Part shown: positions 9,919 through 19,447 of the stretch, in pieces
How the letters are laid out: every line of letters begins with the position of its first letter
How positions within the stretch are numbered: position 1 is the first letter of the stretch
Assembly: GCA_963803435.1 (NCBI GenBank)
Contig: CAWDML010000007.1
Coordinates: 96,001 to 160,000, forward strand
DNA from: an uncultured delta proteobacterium
GTDB lineage: Bacteria; Myxococcota; Kuafuiibacteriia; Kuafuiibacteriales; Kuafuiibacteriaceae
Reading direction: 5' to 3'
DNA length: 64,000 bases
Notes under the pieces: model-generated
Told to the model about the DNA's origin: nothing
Databases searched by the model: none
What the model saw: the letters and a program-made list of their open reading frames with translations, nothing else
Program-made: the position numbers and the translations under genes

Positions 9919-11809
9919 ATGCGCCCGGTCCTGATCTGGCTCCTGGCGGCCGCCTGCAGCGGCGGCGCCGACGTGGAGCGCCAAGCCGCCTGCCAGGCGC
10001 TCGACGCGGTGTGGTCGCTCGACGCGATCCCCGCCGCCACCCCCGCCGGTGCGTGCACCGCCCCGCCGCCCGCGGACCTCTCGGGCGCCGCCAAGATCGC
10101 GGTGGCCGTCTATCACTTCAACGTCCAGTACGTCGCCGGCGGGCTCCGCGGGTTCCCGGACGGCACCATCGTGGAGAAGTTCGATTCCGACGAGACCGAG
10201 GTCGAGGATTGGATTGTCCGCCAGGGCCTCGAGCCGGTGCTCGATCTCTACCTGGCCCACCCGAGCTTCAAGGCGGACGTCGAGCTGCAGGCGTACACGC
10301 TCGAGGTGATCGCACAGCGACACCCGGACGTGCTGGAGAAGATGCGCATGCTGGCGGGTCGAGGTCAGGTCGACTTCGACAGCTTCCACTACTCCGACCA
10401 GCTCTACGTCGCCTATCCCAAGAAGGATCTGGAGACCTCTCTCGATCTCGTGCGCGCGATCTTCGATCGCACCTGCCTCCCGCTCGGACGGTCGATCTTC
10501 GCGCAGGAGGGTCAGTTCGCGGGCGGCCAGCTCGCGATCGCCGCCGCGCGCGGCTATGCGGTGAGCGTGCTGCCGAAGAACCTCTTCAAGTATCAGTTCG
10601 GAGACGGAGCCGCGGCCGAGAACGTCCTCTTCTCCGACCCGCGCGCGCCGGACCACGCGGTGATCTTGGGCGGCCAGGACTGGAACACCCCTGACCTTCA
10701 GCTCCACTGGACGTTCATGGACGACGGTGAGATCGCGTTCTCGAAGTCGAACCTCAACCCGTACTTCGGCACCGATTACGCCGTCGATCCGGCGCTGATC
10801 GCCGAGCGTGTGGCGGAGCTCTCGGAGCTCGAGGCGCAGGGCTGGGTGCACGCCACCATCGCCGAGGCGGTCGCCGCGATGCGCGACCGCGGGATCCGGC
10901 CCGCGCCGCTGCCGGACGTCCTCGATGGAACCTGGCAGCCGAAGGACACCAAGAACCTGTTCCGCTGGATGGGGGGCTCCGGCCTGTTCCGTAACACCGA
11001 GAAGGACAGCGATCTGCTGGCGGCGATCTGGCGCGCCCGCAGCGCCGCCGAGCGCGCCGAGCGATCGTTCAGCGCGCCGAGCGAACGGATCCGGCGGGGC
11101 CTCGAGGCCGCCTGGCGCGAGGTCTTGCTGGCGGAGGTCAGCGACTCCACGGGCTGGAACCCGTTCGTCAACGAGGTCCGCTACAGCGAGGCGCAAGCGG
11201 AGAAGGCGGAGCAGATCGCGCGCGACGTCTACGCGTGCGCCGGCGATCGTGCGCCGGCGATCGAGCCGTATCCGTGCGACGTGCCGGACGCGCTCGACTC
11301 GATCGGCGCCGAGGTGCGCTCGCCGGTCCGACACGTCGAGGTCTCGGCCGATCGCTGCCTCGACTTCGCGGGCGCGACGGTCCGCCGCCTCACGATCCGC
11401 GTGCCGAAGACGATCGAAGAGGACATGCTCTTCGACGAGTCCGAGGAGGCCGCCCGGGAGCGCGAGCTCGAGGTCCGGTTCCCCTTCGCAGGTCCTCGCT
11501 TTCGGCTGGTGCCTGCGCTCGAGGACCGGACGATTGCGCTGTCGCTCGACGCGTACACGTTCCAGGACATCGGCATCCCGCTCTCGATCGGGGCAATCGA
11601 GCCTCGACGACCGGCGCTGGGTGATCCAGGAGCTGGCCTCCGGGCGGGTTGCGGCGATCCTGTCGAGGAACGAGGACCGAGGGGTGGTCCGCTTCTGGGA
11701 CCTCACGGTCTCCCGGGCGAGCGCCTCAGAGCGACGATACTACGTGCTGGAGGGCGCGAGCGACGATACTGCGCGCGCCTTCGCGCACCGGATCAACCTG
11801 CCCTTCTGA
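9919..11809 (+). CDS. Lipoprotein with GH57-like glycoside hydrolase fold; frameshift near 11600
   Basis: Lipobox LAAAC; motifs YHFNVQY, FAQEGQF (nucleophile-like Glu), FMDDGE (acid/base-like Asp) and LLAEVSDSTGW match GH57 conserved regions. The C-terminus continues in the frame ending at 11809. Confidence 0.6.
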
Positions 11810-11969
11810 AGAACCTGACCGCGTCGATGGTGTCGGCGATCGGGATGATCACCAGTTCGTCCTGTTCGCGGGAGGCCTCGAGGCGCGGCGGACTCTCGGG
11901 TGTACCGAGCACGATGATGAAGCCTCGATGCTCGGGGAAGAGCGGTTCGTCATCCGGGTCGGGGGTCAT
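11793..11969 (-). CDS. Small hypothetical protein
   Basis: ATG at 11969: MTPDPDDEPLFPEHRGFIIVLGTPESPPRLEASREQDELVIIPIADTIDAVRFFRRAG. No recognised motif. Confidence 0.3.
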   Translation of the reverse strand: MTPDPDDEPLFPEHRGFIIVLGTPESPPRLEASREQDELVIIPIADTIDAVRFFRRAG

Positions 11970-12079
11970 CTCATGATGAGAAACGACCGTGACGGCGGCG
12001 AAGTTAAGCCGATCCCCGTCACAGGCGGGTAGGAAAAGAAGCTTTGAGCGAATCCCCGCGCGGCGGTAGAAGCAGCTGG

Positions 12080-12881
12080 ATGGCCGAGTCGGCTGCGTCA
12101 CGGGTGCCTGCCGGCGAGCTCCCGTTCGGCGTCCGGGCGGCGGACTCCCTCCTCCAAAACCTCGTCCTGATCGTGTCCCTGATCGGCGGTGGGGGCCTGC
12201 TGGGGTGCCTGATCGCCGTCTTGTTGCCCCGTCCCTACGTGGACTCTGCGGTCGTCGAGGTCGGGATCGGCTTCGGGGGCGAGCCGATCGAGAACCCGAT
12301 CAAGGCCGGCTGGCGCATCCGGGGCACGCTCCTCGACACCGCGCACGACCTGGACGTCGATTTGGACTCGGTGATCCTCCATCGACGTGAGGAGAAGACG
12401 AACGAGCTGACCCGATTCATGGACGTGTCGGTCCGGGCCCAGACCGCCTCCACCGCCCGTACCATCCTCGACCGCGGGCTCGCGCGTCTCATGACGGATC
12501 ACCAGACAGCCCGGCGGTTCGAGCAAGAGGTGCTCAAGGAGCAGCTGACCGCGCTCGAGACCGCCGCCACCCGGGTCGACCAGGCGATCCGCGACACGCC
12601 GCCGATTGTGGAGGGAGACCCGGAGAAGCAAGAGGAGATGCGCGAGCAGCTCGACGCGCTCAACGCCAGGCTCTTCGATCTGCACCGGTCGATCCAGGGC
12701 GCGCGCTCGACGATGTCGGAGCTCCGCACGCCGCCGACGCGCGTCATCGCCCGCACGGCCAAGGTGGAGAAGGCTGACTCGCACCTCCCGATTCTGGATC
12801 CTCGCCGGCTGCGCGTTCGGCCTGTTCCTCGGCCTCGGCCTGGCCGGCGCCCGCCTGGTGCTGCGCGAGGACACGCCATGA
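12080..12881 (+). CDS. Wzz-like polysaccharide co-polymerase (chain-length regulator); frameshift near 12772
   Basis: N-terminal TM followed by PRPY, a periplasmic coiled coil, and a C-terminal TM with GxxxG (FWILAGCAFGLFLGLGLA) in the frame ending at 12881. Confidence 0.65.
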
Positions 12882-13633
12882 GCGAGGGCGGCGACGATCC
12901 GATCGTGCGGACGTTCCTCGACGTGACGCACCGATATCGAACCGTCATCGTCTCGGTCACTGCCTTCGTCGCGATCGTCGGGACCGCCGTCGGCGCGGTG
13001 ATGCGCACCGAGTACGAGGGGACCGTGGTGGTGGCCCTCGGTCGGATCGATCCCGAGGGTTCGATCATCGATTTGCACACGGCCGACCAGCAGCTCGAAT
13101 CGCACGCCGAGCGCCTGGTGGTCGCCGAGCAGCTCTCGGAGGACACGAAGCTCGAGGCCATCATCCTCCGCGACCAGCCTCAGAGCTCGCGTAAGCTGCC
13201 GTTGATCGCGCTCCACGCCACCTCACCCGACGCCATCTCGGTGCGCCGGGCGCTCGACAAGAGCGCCGCCCACCTCTCATCCCTCGAAGGCCAGCTCTAC
13301 GCGGCGGAGCACAAGCGCCTGGAGCAAACGCTCAAGAGTCTGGACGGCGAAGTGAAGCGTCTGCTCGCGGAGCCGGTCACCCCCAGAACGCAAGAAGCCT
13401 TGCAGAAGGCGATCCAGGCCCGCGCCGACACCAAGCGCAGCTTGTCCCCGGTTCGCACCTATCCTTCCAGCGTTCTGGCCGTCATGCCGGTGGAGCAGGT
13501 CTCTCGCCAGCCGAGGGTGCTCGCCTTCGGGATGCTCGCGCTGACGATCGGCGTCTTCCTCGGCTATCTGGTGGCGTTCCTCCTGGCAGCGCGCGCGATC
13601 GTCCGCGCCGATGCGGCGCCCCGGAGCGCGTGA
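12878..13633 (+). CDS. Second Wzz-like polysaccharide co-polymerase
   Basis: ATGA overlap with the upstream gene; TM-EYEG..., coiled coil, PVEQVSRQPR and C-terminal TM (IGVFLGYLVAF). Confidence 0.7.
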   Translation: MSEGGDDPIVRTFLDVTHRYRTVIVSVTAFVAIVGTAVGAVMRTEYEGTVVVALGRIDPEGSIIDLHTADQQLESHAERLVVAEQLSEDTKLEAIILRDQPQSSRKLPLIALHATSPDAISVRRALDKSAAHLSSLEGQLYAAEHKRLEQTLKSLDGEVKRLLAEPVTPRTQEALQKAIQARADTKRSLSPVRTYPSSVLAVMPVEQVSRQPRVLAFGMLALTIGVFLGYLVAFLLAARAIVRADAAPRSA

Positions 13634-14964
13634 TGCCCACGTGGATCCCGCTCGTGTTTTGCGCGCTGGCCGCCGGTGCGATCTTTCCTCCGTTCGTCCC
13701 GCTGGCCGGGCCGCTCTCGCTGGACGATCTCCTCCCAGTGATGGCGGGGCTCCTCGGCCTCGCGGTCCTCCCCTTCAGCCGTCGCAAGCCCTGGTTCGAC
13801 GCCACCGTGATCGGCTTCGTCCTCATCGCGTTGACCAGCCTCGTCTCGAACGCGGTCAACGCGCAGACCGTCTCCGACTTCCTGCGGCTCAGCGGGCGCT
13901 CGACCGGCCGGATCATCTTCTACGAGACCTTCCTCCTGGGCGCGCGCTGCGTCCTCGATCGCGGGGACTGGGCGCGCCGCGCGCTCGGCTTCTTCGTGGC
14001 CGCCGCGACGATCGAGTCGCTCTTTTGCATCTACGCGTTCTTCACCGCGTATCACGGGCCGTACGGGCTGGGCGTGATCGAGTTTCCGGACTGGTCGGTG
14101 CTGCTCGGCAACATCCGCGTCCAGGGGACCTTCAGTGGCGCGGAGATGCGCTATGAGACCGCATCGGTCAGCCCCAACTTCCTCGCCGCGTATCTGCTCC
14201 TCTCGATCCCGGTCACCGTCGGGCTGGTGTCGTCGATCGAGCGCAACGAGTGGCGCCTGGCGCTCATGGTCTCGGCGCTGGCCCAGGTGATGACGCTGTA
14301 CCTGACGTACACGCGAGCCGCGCTGATCGCGTTCGGCATCGGCATCCTCGCGATGGGCTTCCTCTCCGGGCGGCGACGGCTGGCGATGGCCGCCCTGACC
14401 GCAGGGATCGTGATCGCGCTGGCGATCCCGACGATGCGCGCCAAGCTCCTCGGCGAAGGACACGATCGCTGGGCGCTCTACTGGGCGTCCGCAGAGCTGA
14501 CGTACGACCACCCGGTGTTCGGCGTGGGCGACGGCAACTACGACTACGTGCTCCACGAGAACCAGCAGTACAACGACACCCCGTTCGGGATCGCCACCAC
14601 CACCTCCCACAACTCGGTGCTGCTGTCGGCCGCCAACTACGGCATCGCCGGGGGGGCCGCCCATGCGTTGCTCTACCTGCTCCTCCTGGCGGTGATGCTC
14701 AATGAGATGCACGCGCTCGAGGGCCGCCCGCGCCGCGTGCTGGTGGCGGGTGTGGTAGCGGGCATCATCGGGTACCTGGTCCAGGATCAGTTCAACAACC
14801 TGGCCTACGTGCCGAAGGTCGCCACGCAGATGTGGTTCCTCTTCGCGCTGGTGCCTGTGCTCGGACGTGGGGGCTCGCCCGAACGCCAGCGCGAGCCGCG
14901 CGTGGTCCGGCTCTATCCGATGCCCGCCGTGACGGCAAAAGGGGTTGACCACCCCCACCCGTGA
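13630..14964 (+). CDS. O-antigen ligase/Wzy-family polymerase (Wzy_C domain)
   Basis: Multi-TM protein; RVQGTF, PNFLAAYL, TYTRAA, R..W, HPVFGVGDGNY and SHNSVL...GIAG. Confidence 0.85.
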   Translation: MMPTWIPLVFCALAAGAIFPPFVPLAGPLSLDDLLPVMAGLLGLAVLPFSRRKPWFDATVIGFVLIALTSLVSNAVNAQTVSDFLRLSGRSTGRIIFYETFLLGARCVLDRGDWARRALGFFVAAATIESLFCIYAFFTAYHGPYGLGVIEFPDWSVLLGNIRVQGTFSGAEMRYETASVSPNFLAAYLLLSIPVTVGLVSSIERNEWRLALMVSALAQVMTLYLTYTRAALIAFGIGILAMGFLSGRRRLAMAALTAGIVIALAIPTMRAKLLGEGHDRWALYWASAELTYDHPVFGVGDGNYDYVLHENQQYNDTPFGIATTTSHNSVLLSAANYGIAGGAAHALLYLLLLAVMLNEMHALEGRPRRVLVAGVVAGIIGYLVQDQFNNLAYVPKVATQMWFLFALVPVLGRGGSPERQREPRVVRLYPMPAVTAKGVDHPHP

Positions 14965-14979
14965 AGTATCGATAGAGCG

Positions 14980-15900
14980 TTGGCGCCTCCGGTGCATCCC
15001 GACGACCGGCTGGTCGGCAAGCCCGGTGAGGCCCGGGACCTGCGGCTCTACCGCCGCATGCGCTTCATCCGGCGCTTCGAGGAGACGCTGCTCCAGCTCT
15101 TCGAGGAGGGGCTCCTCAACGGCACCACCCACTGCTGCATCGGCCAGGAGGCCGACTCCGTCGCGATCATGGAGCACCTCCTGCCGGGTGATCACGTCTT
15201 CAGCAACCACCGGTGCCACGGCCACTACCTCGCGCGCACCGGCGACGCGCTCGGGCTCCTCGCCGAGATCATGGGCAAATCCGCAGGCATGTGCGGAGGG
15301 ATCGGCGGCAGCCAGCACATCTCGGCGCCCGGCTTCAAGTCGAACGGCGTCCAGGGCGGCATCGTCCCGGCGGCCGCCGGGCTCGCCTGGGCCGAGCAGC
15401 TGCGCGGATCCGATCACACCAGCGTCGTCTTCATCGGCGACGGCACCCTCGGCGAGGGCCTGGTCTACGAGACGCTCAACATCGCCTCGCTGTGGAAGCT
15501 CCCGCTGTGGATCGTGCTCGAGGACAACGGCTGGTCGCAGAGCACGCCGCTGGCCGCCAACTTCGCCGGCGACATGGAGGCTCGGTTCACCGCCTTCGGC
15601 CTGCCGGTGCGGGCGGTCGAGAGCACCGACGTCCTCGAGATCGATCGCATCGCCGAGGAGGAGCTCGCGCTCCTGCGGCGGGGGCCGGGGCCGCGCGTGC
15701 TGATCATCCACACCTACCGGCTGTGCCACCACTCGAAGAGCGACGACCAGCGGCCCGCCCACGAGATCGCCCGCCGCTGGAAGATCGAGCCGCTGGTGAT
15801 CCACGGCGCCCGGCTCCGCGACGCCGAGCGCGCCCGTATCGACGCCGAGGTCGAGGACGCGATCACCGCGCTCGTCGATCGCGGGAGGGCGCTGCCGTGA
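14980..15900 (+). CDS. ThDP-dependent dehydrogenase E1 component alpha subunit
   Basis: RRFEE, HCCIGQEA, SNHRCHGH, GGSQH, ThDP motif GDGTLGEG...EDN and TYRLCHHSKSDD. Confidence 0.95.
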   Translation: MAPPVHPDDRLVGKPGEARDLRLYRRMRFIRRFEETLLQLFEEGLLNGTTHCCIGQEADSVAIMEHLLPGDHVFSNHRCHGHYLARTGDALGLLAEIMGKSAGMCGGIGGSQHISAPGFKSNGVQGGIVPAAAGLAWAEQLRGSDHTSVVFIGDGTLGEGLVYETLNIASLWKLPLWIVLEDNGWSQSTPLAANFAGDMEARFTAFGLPVRAVESTDVLEIDRIAEEELALLRRGPGPRVLIIHTYRLCHHSKSDDQRPAHEIARRWKIEPLVIHGARLRDAERARIDAEVEDAITALVDRGRALP

Positions 15901-16880
15901 TCTTCGCGAAGGCGCTCAACGAGGCGCTCCACCACTGCCTCGCCACGGATCCGCGGGTGGTCGTGCTCGGGGAGGACATCTCGGATCCCTACGGCGGCGC
16001 CTTCAAGGTCTCGCGCGGGCTCACCACCGCCTTCCCCGGGCGCGTCCGCACCACTCCGGTCAGCGAGGGCGCGATCGCGGGGCTCTCTGCGGGCCTTGCC
16101 CTGGGCGGCTTCCGGCCCATCGCCGAGATCATGTTCGGTGACTTCCTGACGCTCTGCTTCGATCAGATCGTCAACCACATCGCCAAGTACCAGGCGATGT
16201 ATGCAGGACAGGTTGCGTGCCCGGTGGTGATCCGAGCGCCCATGGGCGGCCATCGCGGGTACGGACCGACCCACAGCCAGAGCCTCGAGAAGCACTTCGT
16301 CGGCGTCCCGCACCTCCGCGTGGTGGCCGCCTCGCTGGTCCACGCGCCGCGCCTGGTGCTCGAGGACTTCCTCGCGCACGACAGTCCGGTCCTCTACGTC
16401 GAGCACAAGCTGCTCTATCCCCAGAACCTCACTCCTGCGGAGCGCTTCGACGGCACACCCGGCATGCTCCCCACCGCGTCGATCTCGCTGGTCCCGCGCC
16501 AGGAGTGCACGCTCACCGTGGTGGCGTACGGGTACGAGGCGCTGCTCGCCGCCAAGGTGCTGGAGAAGCTGGCGATGGAGGAGGAGATCTTCGCGGAGCT
16601 CCTGATCCCCGCACAGATCGCGCCGATGGACTGGGCGCCGATCGAACGCTCCGTCGGCGTCACCGGGAGCCTCCTCACCGTCGAGGAGGGGACCGCCGGG
16701 TGGTCGTGGGGCACCGAGGCAGCCGCGGTGATCGGCAAGCGGCTGTTCGGCCGGCTCCGGCGGCCGGTCGAGGTCCTCGCCAGCGTCCCCACCGTGATTC
16801 CGGGCGCGCGCCGCCTCGAGTCCGAGATGCTGGTCGGCGCTCGACAGATCGAGCAGGCAGTGCGAGAGGCTGCCCTGTGA
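15897..16880 (+). CDS. ThDP-dependent dehydrogenase E1 component beta subunit
   Basis: GTGA overlap; LGEDI, GGAFKV, TPVSEGAIAG, AEIMFGDF, GPTHSQ, PVLYVEHK and VEEG. Confidence 0.95.
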   Translation: MIFAKALNEALHHCLATDPRVVVLGEDISDPYGGAFKVSRGLTTAFPGRVRTTPVSEGAIAGLSAGLALGGFRPIAEIMFGDFLTLCFDQIVNHIAKYQAMYAGQVACPVVIRAPMGGHRGYGPTHSQSLEKHFVGVPHLRVVAASLVHAPRLVLEDFLAHDSPVLYVEHKLLYPQNLTPAERFDGTPGMLPTASISLVPRQECTLTVVAYGYEALLAAKVLEKLAMEEEIFAELLIPAQIAPMDWAPIERSVGVTGSLLTVEEGTAGWSWGTEAAAVIGKRLFGRLRRPVEVLASVPTVIPGARRLESEMLVGARQIEQAVREAAL

Positions 16881-17992
16881 AGCCGGTCCTGGTCCCCACC
16901 TCCGACGTCAACAGCGAGAACGGTGTCCTCATCGCCTGGCGCATGAACGACGGCGACCGCGTCGAGAAGGACCAGGCCATCGCGGAGGTCGAGACGAGCA
17001 AGGCGATCCTCGAGGTGCTCGCCCCCGCCGCCGGCTGGCTCCAGCAGCTCGCCGCCGCCGGTGCCGAGATCGTGCTGGCGGAGCCGATCGCGCGCCTGTT
17101 CGACAGCGAGGCGGAGCTGCAGGCGTCGAAGGCCGCGCGCGCCCGCGTCGCCGGCGAGCCCTCCGGCGAGGACGGCGTGAAGGCCACCGTCAAGGCGCGG
17201 CAGCGGGCCGCCGAGCTCGGCGTCGATCTGAGCACGCTCGCCGCCGGGCGCCTGATCACCGTCAAGGAGGTGGAGGCCGCGGCGGCCGCCCGCCCCTTCG
17301 ATCTCTCGGCGCTGCCGGCTCCGCTCGCCGGCGACGGCGGCCAGCAGCGCGTCCTCCTGATCGGCGGTGCCCGAGGCGCCACCCAGGTGATCGACATCTT
17401 CCGCGGCGGCGACACGCAGAAGGCGGTCGCGATCGTCGACGACAGCCGTGAGAAGTGGGGCGAGGAGGTCTACGGCGTTCCCATCGTGGGCGGGAGCGAG
17501 CGCATCGCCGAGCTGTTCGCGGCGGGCGCGTTCGACGCGGCGATCGTCGCCATCAGCACCTCGATCGCGGCCCGCCGGAAGTTCCGCGAGCTGCTCTCTT
17601 CGCTCGGCGTCCCCATGGCCAACGCGATCGACCGCACCTCGAAGATCGCCTCAGAGGTGGTCATGGGGACGGGCAACGTGATCTGCGCGTTCTGCCACTT
17701 CGGGACCAGCGCGGTGGTCGGCGACAACAACTTCTTCTCCGCCTACAACTCGTTCGAGCACCACAACGTGCTCGGTTCCGACATCTCGACCGGGCCCGGC
17801 TGCGTGACCTCGAGCCGCGTCAAGCTGGGCGACGGCGTCCGGCTGGGCACCGGCATCTTCATCCAGCCGGGCGTCGAGCTGGGCGAGGGCGTGCAGGTGG
17901 CCTCGGGCGCGATCCTGGTGAAATCGGTCCCGGCATGGCACGCGGTCAAGACCAAGGTCGTGACCACCACCGTCGTACCGCTCCGGAGGTGA
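16877..17992 (+). CDS. Fusion of lipoyl domain, peripheral-subunit-binding domain and PglD/NeuD-type left-handed beta-helix sugar acyltransferase
   Basis: GTGA overlap; lipoyl motif GDRVEKDQAIAEVETSKAILEVLAPAAG; PSBD-like ATVKARQRAAELGVDLSTL...GRLITVKEVEAA; PglD N-domain (VLLIGG, IVDD, GVPIVG, AIVAI); hexapeptide repeats with an EH dyad (FEHHN). Confidence 0.9.
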   Translation: MKPVLVPTSDVNSENGVLIAWRMNDGDRVEKDQAIAEVETSKAILEVLAPAAGWLQQLAAAGAEIVLAEPIARLFDSEAELQASKAARARVAGEPSGEDGVKATVKARQRAAELGVDLSTLAAGRLITVKEVEAAAAARPFDLSALPAPLAGDGGQQRVLLIGGARGATQVIDIFRGGDTQKAVAIVDDSREKWGEEVYGVPIVGGSERIAELFAAGAFDAAIVAISTSIAARRKFRELLSSLGVPMANAIDRTSKIASEVVMGTGNVICAFCHFGTSAVVGDNNFFSAYNSFEHHNVLGSDISTGPGCVTSSRVKLGDGVRLGTGIFIQPGVELGEGVQVASGAILVKSVPAWHAVKTKVVTTTVVPLRR

Positions 17993-18001
17993 GCCCAGCT
18001 C

Positions 18002-19417
18002 TTGGCGTCCCTCCGCTCGAACGTGCTCGTCTCGACGGCCGCCATGGTGCTGGTGGGCGTGATCCGCCCCGGCTTCCACGCCGTGGTGAACCGGACCTTC
18101 GGCCCGGAGGTGAACGGGCACGCCGCCGCGATCATCGCCGTGATCTTCCTGGCCTCGCTCCCCGCCACCGCCGCGCTCCCGACGGTGATGGTGCGGCACG
18201 TCTCCCGCGCCCTCGGCGCCGGCAACCAGGCCGAGGCGATCGCCCACGCACGGCTGGCCGGGCTCACCTCGCTGGCGCTGACCGCCCTCTCGATCGCCGC
18301 CGCTGTCCTGTACGGCCACTTCCTGCAGGACCCGCCGTTCGCGCCGATCGATCTGCTCTTCGTGGCCGTCGGCCTGTTCGCATACACCTACTGGCGCCTC
18401 TATCGGACGCTCCTCCTCGCCGTCGGGGAGGCGCTGGCCAGCCTCAAGGCCGAGCTGGTCTCGGTGGTGTCGATGGCGTCGGCGCTGGCGCTCTTGATCT
18501 ACCTGGGACGCTCCGAATGGGTCGTGGGCGCGTTCGTGCTGGCGTATCTGGCGTTCGCGGTCCTCACCATCCGGCGGGTCGCGCCGTACCTGTCGGGCCA
18601 GGCCGTCGCCGCCGAGAGCCGGCGCGAGTTCGTGCGCTACAACCTCTACTGGTTCGTCGCCACCGGCGCCAGCCTGAGCGCGCGAGAGATCGCAGTGCTG
18701 CTGCTCGGCGAGCGCGTGGAGCAGGCGATGGTCGGCGACGTCGCGGTGGCGCTGTCCCTCTTGATGATCCTCGCGTTCGCACCGCGCGTGATCGAGCTGC
18801 CGCTGGTGCACGAACTCTCGGCGCTGGCCGGGCGCCAGGCGGCCGACGAGCAGCGGCGGCTCACCGACACCGCGTTCCACTGGATGACGGTGTTCACCTT
18901 CGCGGTGGGCTGTGGCGCCGCGATCATGGCGGGTCCGATCCTGGCGATCGTCGGCAACGTCCACGCTCCGGTGGTGGCCGAGGCCTTCGCGCTGGTGGCG
19001 CTCGCGTTCATGGCGGAGATGATCGCCACGCCCGCCTCGAACCTGATGATCGCCTCGGCGCACCCGGCCGTCTTCGCGATCACCGGCCCCGCCTCGCTCC
19101 TGATCGCCTTCGGCTGGTGGTACGCGCCCTGGGCCTCCGGGGTGATGGGCGTGATGATCGGCCTGGCGCTCTCTCATCTGGTGCGGGCGGTGGGCATCAC
19201 CGGCTACGCGAAGATCCGCTTCGGGCTGACGCTCCTCCGCCAGCCGCTCCGGAAGCTCGCGGCGGGCGTGGTCGGGCTCGGGCTCCTCGGTCTGACCATG
19301 CAGGATCGCGTCGATCCCTGGCTGGCCTTCGGGGTCTTCGAGCTCATGATGCTGATCCTGTTCGCGGGCACCGTGCGCGAGGTCGCCACGGCGCTCGCCC
19401 GTAAACGCAGCGCTTGA
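18002..19417 (+). CDS. Wzx/MOP-family oligosaccharide flippase
   Basis: About 12-14 hydrophobic segments, VNRTFGPEVNG after the first TM, and position inside the polysaccharide operon. Confidence 0.75.
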   Translation: MASLRSNVLVSTAAMVLVGVIRPGFHAVVNRTFGPEVNGHAAAIIAVIFLASLPATAALPTVMVRHVSRALGAGNQAEAIAHARLAGLTSLALTALSIAAAVLYGHFLQDPPFAPIDLLFVAVGLFAYTYWRLYRTLLLAVGEALASLKAELVSVVSMASALALLIYLGRSEWVVGAFVLAYLAFAVLTIRRVAPYLSGQAVAAESRREFVRYNLYWFVATGASLSAREIAVLLLGERVEQAMVGDVAVALSLLMILAFAPRVIELPLVHELSALAGRQAADEQRRLTDTAFHWMTVFTFAVGCGAAIMAGPILAIVGNVHAPVVAEAFALVALAFMAEMIATPASNLMIASAHPAVFAITGPASLLIAFGWWYAPWASGVMGVMIGLALSHLVRAVGITGYAKIRFGLTLLRQPLRKLAAGVVGLGLLGLTMQDRVDPWLAFGVFELMMLILFAGTVREVATALARKRSA

Positions 19418-19447
19418 GCGGCGCGGTCCCCCGTGCCAAGAGGCGCC

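Noticed and set aside
12044-13633. Single 529-aa Wzc-like protein
   Set aside because: No Walker A or tyrosine cluster; an internal ATGA junction and an out-of-frame TM show two genes joined by an indel.
14980-17992. Housekeeping pyruvate, acetoin or branched-chain dehydrogenase operon
   Set aside because: No E2 catalytic domain (no DHRxxDG motif) and no E3; the lipoyl protein ends in a sugar-acyltransferase beta-helix and the genes are embedded in a glycan operon.
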